45,807 bases of DNA from an uncultured delta proteobacterium (GTDB lineage Bacteria; Desulfobacterota; WTBG01; CAIYCZ01). The notes under the pieces were generated by a model. The model was not told the DNA's origin. It saw nothing but the letters and a program-made list of their open reading frames with translations, and ran no database searches. Location of the stretch: positions 1 to 45,807 of the forward strand of contig CAWDOY010000051.1 of NCBI GenBank assembly GCA_963803975.1. The letters run 5' to 3'. Numbering within the stretch: the stretch's first letter is position 1; each line of letters starts with the position of its first letter. The position numbers and the translations under genes were made by a program. Shown piece by piece: positions 32,246-40,599 of the stretch.

Positions 32246-32626
32246 TTAATAAGCAGGCACTGCCGTGCCGCCCCGGTCATCGCAGCCGCTGAAATGAAGC
32301 TTTTTTTCTCCCAGCAGTATCTGCGGCGTGATGTACCAGTCACCGCCGGCAGCGGTGAGGGCGATCTTTTCCGCCGTGGGCGCGGCATATCTCGCGCTGA
32401 ATAAATTAATTGTTCCGGCAGTAAGCGTTCCAAAAGCACCATAGCCCAGTTTAACCGGGAAGTAGAGCACGGTAAGTGCTGATGCAGCGCCGTTAAGGCA
32501 CCCCTGACTCCAGAAGCCATACTCTTCATAGGTCTTTGCCGAAGCCGTTGCCGGCACGAACAAAACCGCTGACAATAGGACAATAATAAATACCGCATTC
32601 ATTCTCTTCATACTTTTCTCCGCCAT
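32246..32626 (-). CDS. Hypothetical exported/membrane protein
   Basis: 126 aa ORF with a signal-like N-terminus (AVFIIVLLSAVLFVPATASA) and a LYFPVKLGYG hydrophobic segment. Confidence 0.65.
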   Translation of the reverse strand: MAEKSMKRMNAVFIIVLLSAVLFVPATASAKTYEEYGFWSQGCLNGAASALTVLYFPVKLGYGAFGTLTAGTINLFSARYAAPTAEKIALTAAGGDWYITPQILLGEKKLHFSGCDDRGGTAVPAY

Positions 32627-32733
32627 GGATTAATTGTTAATAATTTCATTTTTCCGATTTGTCATTTATTTATCCCACGTCCCCTGATCTTCTCGCAAGT
32701 ATCTCGTCACTTCCGTGATCCCCGTGACACCGT

Positions 32734-33162
32734 TCACCTGCTTATCCTTCCGCCGAACACGTTAATGGGAATACGCAGCGAATTGCTTTCCGGATCATTT
32801 GCCACGCGCCGGGCAATACTGTCAAAGGCGCCTTCGGGAAATCCCCGCTGCCGGGCAATGCAGCGCACGGAGTAGAGTACCTCATCATACCCGGTGAGCC
32901 GTTCTGCCGCAGCCTCTACCATGACGGCCCGCCAGAAGCTGTAGCTGCGGTCGGAATCACAGATTTTAAACACCACCTGCGGGTTACTCCTCACGCATTG
33001 CGCCATGCGGCCGCCGGGCATGGAGCCGCAGTATATATATTCCCCGTCACTGCCGTAGGAAAGCTCAACCGCATACGGCTTGTTTCCCTCAACCGCGATC
33101 AGGGTGCCCCAGGTCCATTCCGCGATAAAAGCCCTGATCTCCTTTTCCGTCATCGCGCGCAT
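32734..33162 (-). CDS. Pyridoxamine 5'-phosphate oxidase-like (NimA-type) flavin-binding protein
   Basis: MTEKEIRAFI..WGTL..PYAVELSY, NPQVVF and WRAVMV. Confidence 0.8.
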   Translation of the reverse strand: MRAMTEKEIRAFIAEWTWGTLIAVEGNKPYAVELSYGSDGEYIYCGSMPGGRMAQCVRSNPQVVFKICDSDRSYSFWRAVMVEAAAERLTGYDEVLYSVRCIARQRGFPEGAFDSIARRVANDPESNSLRIPINVFGGRISR

Positions 33163-33173
33163 GGCAGTCCTTT

Positions 33174-33208
33174 GAAAGCTATCAGCACTCAGCCGTCAGC
33201 TTTTAGCG
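33174..33208 (-). repeat. 35-bp GCTGA-heptad element, copy 1
   Basis: Minus strand CGCTAAAAGCTGACGGCTGAGTGCTGATAGCTTTC, 29/35 identical to 36031-36065. Confidence 0.8.
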
Positions 33209-33366
33209 TTGAATTCGTTTTACCTTTCAACCTATTTACCTTTTCACCTATTAACCCATTCACCGGCATTTTGTGCCCTCTGTGATTTTACAATAGTACA
33301 AAATAATTCAAAAGTTAAGGAGAAAAAACTGGTATTTACGGAAAAATGTTTTTACTATTACCTTCT

Positions 33367-34303
33367 ATGAAAGCTATCGTTCTTGCCGCAGGATACGGGA
33401 CCCGGTTGAGTCCTTTGTCAAACTATCTGCCCAAGCCGCTCATCCCGATTCTGGGAAAGCCGCTTCTCGGGCATATCCTCCATAAGCTTAACAGGAGCGG
33501 CATCGCTGATATTGGCGTCAATATGCACCACCACGCAGACCTGGTGCGGCAGTTTATTGCTGCACAGGACCCGGGCCTGCACATCAGCCTGTCCTATGAG
33601 CCTGAGATTCTGGGCGTGGCCGGCGGGATAGGGGCGTTCCGGGAATTTTTAAAAGATGAGCCCTTCTTCATGCTGCACAACGGCGATGTGCTGAGCACCA
33701 TACCGGTTGACCGGCTGGCAGTTCGCTATCAGGAAAAAAGACCGCTCATGGCCATGGTGCTGCACAACCATCCCGCTTATAATAATGTTTCTGTTGCTCC
33801 CGATGGAACGATTTGCGACCTGCGTGACACACTCAGGCCGGCTCATGTCGCGCGCAAACTTGCCTATACCGGCATTGCCTTCATGGACGCCACGGTGCTG
33901 GACTTTATCCCTGCACAGGGCCCCGCTGATCTGATACCCGTGTGCCTGGATATCATCAGGGAAGGCAAACACCGAATTGACGCGCTTATAGTTGACGGGT
34001 GTGCATGGCGGGATGTGGGCACGGTGCAGAGCTACTTTGAGGTACACCGGGAACTTCTGGCCGGGAGAACCGCGCTTCTTCCGGACATGGCAGTGCCCGC
34101 AGACGGCAGGTATCCTTGCGGATGACGTGACGTGTGAAGAGGGCTCGCAGCTGCGGGGCTTTGCGTCAGTCGGCAGGCGCTGCGTACTCAAAAAGAACAG
34201 CATCATAGAGAATGCCATCCTCTGGGATGATGTCACCATAGAGGAAGGGGTGCATATCCGGGATGCAATTGTCGGGAGGAAATTTATCGTCCATGCAGGC
34301 TGA
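33367..34303 (+). CDS. NDP-sugar pyrophosphorylase / nucleotidyltransferase, MurU-like (frameshift near 34110)
   Basis: MKAIVLAAGYGTRLSPL..LPKPLIP, EPEILGVAGG, NGDV, WRDVGT and C-terminal hexapeptide-like repeats. Confidence 0.85.
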
Positions 34304-35332
34304 AAAAGCGCTCGCAAAAAAAATTCAGAATCTCTTGAAGAAGGCCGGGATAGCATGCTCTCCTGAGGAATGCGGGATGATGCCCTTGACAGAGGGCGGG
34401 TCTGACCGTGCTTTCTATCGCATAAAAACCGGGAGCGCCTCGCTCGTTGTCATGGCCAGCGCCTCGCCCCGGTATGACATTCATTCCTATATTGATGTGG
34501 GAACATTTCTTTTTCAGCACGGCATCGGCGTGCCGCGGATCATCGCCAGCGATGAAGACGAGCATATCGTGCTTTTGGAAGACCTGGGCGATGACAGCCT
34601 GTATGCCCTGGCTACGAGGGCTGCAACTGACGAGGAGCAAACCGGCTATTACCGGAAGGTGCTTGCCGGGCTTGCTGAAATGCAGGTAAAGACTGCCGGG
34701 GACCTTGAAGGCTGCAGCTGTCTCAGGGGCAGGAGCTTCGGCTATGAAGCGTTCAGGTGGGAGACCGACTATTTCACGGAATGCTTTCTGAAACGGTTCT
34801 GCGGCTTTGCTATTGAGAATGATGAAGAGCTGGACCGGGAATTTCACGTGCTCGCCGATAACGCTGAGCCAGTGAGCCGCGCTACTTCATGCACCGCGAT
34901 TTCCAGTCGCAGAATATCTATTTTAAAGACGGCGCGGTGCGCTATATCGATTTCCAGACCGCCACCAGGGGGCTTTTGCAGTATGACGCGGTGTCACTTC
35001 TGAAAGATGCGTATGTTGTGCTGCAGGACAGTCAGCGGGAAGAGCTGCTCGATTTTTACCTGGACATGCTCATTGGCGTGTGGGGGCTTGCCCTGGAGAG
35101 AGAGGCGTTTGTCCGCACCTTCCATCTCACCGGCCTGCAGCGAAATATGCAGGCGCTGGGCGCGTTTGCCTACCTCACCATGGAAAAAGGAAAGACGGCC
35201 TTTGCCGCGCACATCCCCGCCGCGCTCTCCTATCTTAAGGCAGCACTGCGGGAGATGCAGGAATTTCCCCTGCTGAGCGGGCTGGTAGAGAAGGCCGGGG
35301 AAAAGATAGCAGATAAGAAAATACCTGCTTAA
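34293..35332 (+). CDS. Aminoglycoside phosphotransferase-like kinase, AmgK-like (frameshift near 34870)
   Basis: GGSDRAFYR, LLEDLGD, MHRDFQSQN, IDFQ, YDAVSLLKD and QRNMQALGAF. It is translationally coupled to the nucleotidyltransferase. Confidence 0.85.
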
Positions 35333-35605
35333 TATGCGCTATGCGGCGGGGAAAAGAATGAATTAAGCAGCAGCGGGGTAGATGGGTACAACAGGTGAAA
35401 ACGAGAAAAGTGAGACAAGGAAATTCGAGTCACGCCTGAAGCTCAGAGGCCGAGCGCTCACCACTAGCGAGTCACCGGTCACGGACTGCTGAAGGCGGGC
35501 AATCTTCTGTTGTTTGCGTTCACCATTTGCGAACCCCGAACCCCTGCCCACGGCGCCGCTGGTTTAGGGTTGCACTTTAATGATTTATAGTTTAATAAAT
35601 TATGT

Positions 35606-35834
35606 ATGGAAAAGAAAATAATAAAATCGGAAGACCTGAAGCTTATGCGGCTGAGCCTTTTTTTGAAAGTCCATTATTATTAGCTGGTCTTTTTATCTCT
35701 CTGTGCAGGCAGAGTCCTGGCCTGAAAGCATTTTTTACCTGTGCGTGTCCATTCTCTTTGTCGGACTGCTCATCTTCCAGGGAAGCAAGTACAATAGCCT
35801 GAGAAAAGAACCAGTAGAGGAAAGTGAAGAGTAA
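35606..35834 (+). CDS. Small two-TM membrane protein (hypothetical; one indel near 35665)
   Basis: MEKKIIKSEDLKLMRLSLF continues in a shifted frame as SIIISWSFYLSVQAESWPESIFYLCVSILFVGLLIFQGSKYNSLRKEPVEESEE*. Confidence 0.45.
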
Positions 35835-35882
35835 CGTGAAACGTGGAAGGTGGCCAGCTAAAATTGTAAAAAAAGAAGGCAC

Positions 35883-35906
35883 CCCTCGACTGCGCTCGGG
35901 GCAGGC
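35883..35906. repeat. REP-like element CCCTCGACTGCGCTCGGGGCAGGC
   Basis: Matches, from memory, a widespread small palindromic repeat that translates as ACPERSRG in spurious ORFs (seen in ORF 35643-35984). Confidence 0.6.
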
Positions 35907-36030
35907 ACAGACAAAATGCGGATTGCTGATTTCGGAATGACCGCTGCGACAAAACGATAGCCCGCTGAACCGTCGCTCCGTCACGTCTAGCGCGGCGAGA
36001 GGAATTCAGATTGAGGAAGAATATAAATAA

Positions 36031-36065
36031 TGCTGAAAGCTGATGGCTGACAGCTGATTGCTTTC
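36031..36065 (+). repeat. 35-bp GCTGA-heptad element, copy 2
   Basis: TGCTGAAAGCTGATGGCTGACAGCTGATTGCTTTC, separated by one base from ATG 36067. Confidence 0.8.
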
Positions 36066-36066
36066 C

Positions 36067-36758
36067 ATGAACAAACTCATCCTGTTCGACATCGACGGCA
36101 CGCTGCTGCTCATTGATAATCTCGCGGACCTTGCGTTTCGGGCCATGACCAGAGAGGTCTACGGCCTTGAGTGCACCTTCAGGGAAATCAGTTATGCGGG
36201 GAAGACCGACCCGCAGATACTGGAAGAGGTGCTCACGCTGCACGGCTTTGATGATGCGACCATCTGGGCCCGCTACGAAGCGTCTGTCGAGAAGTACTGC
36301 GCATACTTTGATTACTATGCCAACAGGAATTCCTACCAGGTAACCGTCTATCCGGGCGTTATCCCGCTTATCACCGAACTTCAGAAGATGCCGGAGATGC
36401 ACTGCGCCATACTTACCGGCAACCTCGAATACACCGGCTGGAGAAAGCTTGAGCTTGCAGGCCTCAGGCACTATTTCACCTTCGGCGCTTTCGGCAGCGA
36501 CTCCCGTGTGCGCTCCGAGCTGGTGGAGTCGCGGTCAATCGTGCAGCGGAAAACTGCGGCGTATTCTTCAGCGGCAAGAATATTGTGATCATCGGCGATT
36601 CTCCCCACGATGTGGAATGCGGCAAACCCTACGGCGTGACATCGATTGCCGTTGCCACCGGCCACACCGGCCTTGAAGAACTGAAGCGCCATGAACCGGA
36701 TTATGCGTTTAAAGACCTGGGGGATTTTGAGAAGGTGATTGAAGTGCTGAAACATTGA
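36067..36758 (+). CDS. HAD superfamily hydrolase (phosphoglycolate phosphatase-like), frameshift near 36530-36560
   Basis: LILFDIDGTLL, AGKTD, LTGN, GAFGSD, IIGDSPHDV and VATG. Confidence 0.9.
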
Positions 36759-36905
36759 AAAGGCACAAAGGCAAAACCAAGCAACTTCGCGCGGGGCTAT
36801 GGCGAAGCGAGCAAGGCACAAAGGAAAAAACTCTCGGCATGCTCAGCCAATTGGCCCCAAGGCCATTCGGCAACGAAGGCAAGGACGTAATTGCTCATGG
36901 CCGAG
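36759..36905. repeat. Intergenic cluster of short repeats and hairpins between convergent genes
   Basis: AAGGCACAAAGG occurs twice. There is a CTTCGC..GCGAAG hairpin and an imperfect inverted repeat CTCGGC-ATG..AATT / AATTGCTCATGGCCGAG enclosing two small hairpins. Confidence 0.55.
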
Positions 36906-36934
36906 GGGCGCCCTCTGCGGTGAAAATACCGGAT

Positions 36935-37945
36935 TTAAATGTTCAGGCGGCTGCGAATTCTTGCGGCAAGGTAGTTTATCTCTTTAATCCCCATAAAGCT
37001 GATAGCGGCAAAGTAGAAAACAACAGCCCCTGCCATTGCCGCCAGCAGCGCAAAAAGCTGCGCAAGAACCCCGGTCCCCGCCATCTGTGCCGTCACGGTA
37101 TGCAGCCACAAAGAACCAGCCCCCATCGCAACGGAAACCACCACTATTTTAATCAGACTCACTATCAGGTAGCGCATGTTGTAACCCTCTATTTCACGGT
37201 AGAGGGCAGCGCTCAGGAATAGAAAGTTGGCGATGACCGAGATTGACATCGACAGGGCGATTGCCCGGTGCTCGAGGGTTTTCAAGGTAAGCACCACGAA
37301 GATGAAATTAAAGCAGACGGTAATAAAAGAGCCGATTACCGGGTAGCGCGGCTTGTTGAGCGCGTAGAACACCGGCACGATAATTTTCAGCGATGCATAG
37401 GCAAAGAGGCCTGCGGAGTAGAGCGCCAGGGCCCGGGCGGTGTTCATGGTGTCAAAGGAGGTGAAGCGGCCGTGCTCGAAGATGAGGCGCACGATGGGAG
37501 TGGCCAGAAAAATAAGCCCCGCCGAGGCCGGTATGGTCAGAAGAAATGAGAGTACGGTTGATGAGACATAGGCGTCCCGGAGCTGCGCGGTATCGCCGCG
37601 CGATGCGTGGACGGACACAACGGGGAGCGTTGCGATGGACAGTGATACGCCCACCACGCCGATGGGAAACATGATGAGGCGGAAGGCATAGTTGAGCCAG
37701 GAGACGCTCCCCTCCGGGCAGCTTGAGGCAAAGAAGGTATTGATGAAGAGATTGATCTGGGTGGCGGAGAGGCCGATGATGGCGGGAAGCATGAGCTTCA
37801 TGACCCGTTTCAGCCCGGCATCCTGAAACTGCAGGGCAAAAGGAGAACGCAAAACCCTGGCGCTTCAGCTCGGGCAGCTGTATGACGACCTGCAGCATCC
37901 CGCCGATAATGGTGCCCACTGCCATGCCGATAATGGGCGGCTGCT
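36935..37945 (-). CDS. murJ: Lipid II flippase MurJ (MviN), 3' part only; 5' part missing at the junction
   Basis: QPPIIGMAVGTIIGGMLQVVIQLP, QINLFINTFFAS, SWLNYAFRLIMFPIGVVGVSLSIATLP, IVRLIFEHGRF and FYAL. Confidence 0.9.
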
Positions 37946-37955
37946 CTGACCGCGC
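37940..37955. other. Abrupt junction (probable chimera or misassembly)
   Basis: The DctQ C-terminal helix (LPVGMALGAYFAAR) runs directly into the interior of MurJ (EQPPIIGMAVG). GC content and indel density rise sharply to the right. Confidence 0.8.
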
Positions 37956-38366
37956 CGCGAAGTAGGCCCCCAAAGCCATCCCCACGGGCAGCACCGCGTA
38001 CCAGCACGTAGGCTTGACGAAGACCCAGCACGGCAGTGAGCGACTCCGACTCGCCACGCGCGTACTGCAGGCCGAAGCCAGACCATGACCCCCAGAAAAA
38101 CGGCCATCAAGGCGAAAACGCCGACGGCCAGGCATCGCTTGAGGCGAGCCGGGAGGCGATCCGTTAAGAGGTTCAACGAATGATGCGTTCCTTCCTTCAC
38201 CGCCAACGCCGCTCCCAGAGGATCGATCCAAGTGGAACAGAATTCGCGAGAGTTCGACGGTCCAGACCAGCGGATCGCCCAGCACATACCGCCGAAACAC
38301 GCCTGCCCCCACGACCAAGATGACCGCGCCGAAAATCACGGCGATGACATAGTCCCCTAGGCTCAT
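37946..38366 (-). CDS. TRAP transporter small permease DctQ (fragmented, 3' truncated)
   Basis: VILVVGAGVFRRYVLGDPLVWTVELSRILF(T)W..LGAALAVKEGTH...WYAVLPVG. Confidence 0.8.
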
Positions 38367-38494
38367 CCGTCGCGGATCCGCCGATGCGGCAGCTCCCCCT
38401 TCTTTCCTAGAACCTATCCCGGAACCGTGCTCGGCGGGTCTCCGACCCCGCCGAAAGGGCTGACCGAAGGTCTCCTGCACGGTTCTCGGGTGAG

Positions 38495-39485
38495 GCTCGA
38501 AGTTGGTCTCCAGAATTCTCTCCAACAGGCGGTCCGCCCAGACTTTCTGAAAACGCTTGGGCAGTTCGTCCACGACTCGGCTGCGGAAAGCTTCGCGATC
38601 CGGCGCCACGAACTCCATGCCGGCGTGTTTCAGTTTCTGCGAGATACTCTTCGTCGCTCTCAGCATCCACTCGTGCTCGCGGCGGCCGGCCTCGACAGCA
38701 GCCTCCCGGATCGCTCGCTGATGCTCGGGGCTCAAGCTCTCCAGCAAGGGTCTGTGGATCATCAGCATGAACACGCCCAGCAGGTGCTTGGTTTCCACGA
38801 GGTATTTCTGCACTTCATGGAGACTGCTGGTGTAGATGGTCTCGACGAATTCTCCTGTCCTTCGACGACGCCCTGGTCTTCAGCCCGATGAAGATCTCCA
38901 CTGTAGGTCAACGGCGTCGGGTTGTTGCCAGGATTTTCCAGGCTTCGATGTAGGTGGGGAGTTCGGGCGCGCGAGCCTCAAACCCTTCAGGTCGGCGGGC
39001 GTCACGACTCTGCGGTTGGATGTGGTCAGGTATCTTGGACCGCGGGTCCACCAGTCGAGGACGACGGTTTGGCGTTTCGTTGCGAACGCCTCGACGATCT
39101 CTTGCCCGATGGCGCCGCGCAAGACGTGGTCCAGATGCTCGTAGTCTCGGAAGATGAACGGGGCCTCGATGGCCCCGTATTCCGGCAGATCCAGCCGATC
39201 GGGGCCGTGCCCCCGAGCACCAAGTCCACGCCGCCAATGGCCAGACTCTCCGCCAACTCCTTGTCGTTGCCCAACTGCGCCGTCGGGGTAGAGCTCTAGG
39301 TGATCTCGCCCTGAGTCTTTCTTGCTGACCAGATCGGCGAAGTGTGCGGCCACCTTGTGGGCTGGTCCGCCGGGCGCCATGACGTAGGCCAGCTTGAGTC
39401 GGCGGGCTCGGCCGGCGGATTCGGAAGGTTGGCACCCCGTGAGCACGCCCGCGGCCGCCAGCGTCAAGAGGAGGAATCGGAGCAT
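38495..39485 (-). CDS. TRAP transporter substrate-binding lipoprotein DctP (fragmented; end approximate)
   Basis: Lipobox VLTGC, LGNDKELAESL, APFIFRDYEH, TPADLKGL and EVQKYL. Confidence 0.85.
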
Positions 39486-39489
39486 GAGT

Positions 39490-40431
39490 TGTTCTCCAGC
39501 GTTGCTGGCGCGGCGGCTTGCACTGATCAAGTTGTTCGAATGTCCAACTTGGCAGTTCGCTGTCCAGAGCCTCGAAAGCTTGATCGACCTGTTCAGGACC
39601 CCGGGCGCCGATCAACACGGACGTGACGCCGGGCCGCTTCAAGACCCAGCTCAGCGCGAGGTGGACCAGCGAGCGATCGGCCCGGACCGCGACTTGCCGC
39701 AAGCCTTCCAAGACTCGAAAACCTTGGTCGGTAAAGTAGATGCCCTGATGGCCGGGAATCACATCGAAGCGAGTGCCTGCGGGGATGCGCCCCCCTCGAC
39801 GATATTTCCCGGCGAGAAAGCCGGCGCCCAGGGGGCTGTAGGCGATGATCCCCAGGCGGTGCTGGTGCACATGGCGGTCAACCGCAGTCGATGGTCGGAT
39901 CCACCAGATTGCAATGCACGTGCACGGACTCCAGCCGCCGCAAACCCAGCTTTTCCGAGAGGGACAGGGCCTGCAGCACGTGGTCAGGATCCCAGTTGCT
40001 GCAGCCGTAGTGGCGGATCTTGCCTTGCCGGACGAGGCTGTCAAACGTGTCGAGCGTTTCCTCCAGCGGCGTCTGGTCGTCCCAGGCGTGGGCTTGCAGC
40101 AGGTCCAACGGTTCGACGCCGAGACGAGTCAGGCTGCCTTCCACCGATTGGAGGATATGCTGCGCGTCAGGCGGCCGCTCACCTTGGTCGCCACGATCAT
40201 GGACTCTGGTGTGCGGCGGTCCCGCAACCACCTGCCGAGGATGGTCTCGAAGCTCCGTCGCCGTACACAGCCGCGGTGTCCAGCAGATTGACGCCGTGAA
40301 CAGCCGCCCGATCGAGCACTTGAAACGAACGGCATCGCTGTCAATCTCCCGTCCGAACGTCACACAGCCCAGCGCGATTGAGCTGACATTCGCAGACCCG
40401 TACTGCGAGTTTCTCGGTATTCCAGGGGCAT
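39490..40431 (-). CDS. Aldo/keto reductase (fragmented; end approximate)
   Basis: SSIALGCVTFG, ETILGRWL, IVATKV, SLTRLGVEPLDLLQAH, GKIRHYGCSN, AYSPLGAGFLAGKY and LALSWVL. Confidence 0.85.
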
Positions 40432-40599
40432 GGGTTTTCTCGATGTCTAAGGGCCTTCGATTCCTTCACGGTCCGCGATCGCAGCGGCTGATCTACCTTT
40501 CTGAGCCATGCCGCGAGGCGTCGGAGAACTCGAGAATCCATGCGCCGAGCGGGGGCAATTCGAGCTGCAGCCGTCCGTTGCGGCCGCCGCGGCAGCCAG

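Noticed and set aside
33174..33265. Short tandem repeats as a CRISPR array
   Set aside because: The period is 7-8 bp with no unique spacers and no cas genes.
35643..35984. 113-aa minus-strand ORF
   Set aside because: It contains the translated REP-like repeat (ACPERSRG) and lies antisense to a more plausible small membrane protein.
37452..38813. 453-aa ORF that looks like a novel DctP-DctQ-MurJ fusion protein
   Set aside because: It is a patchwork of frames created by indels plus the chimeric seam. Its segments belong to three separate known families.
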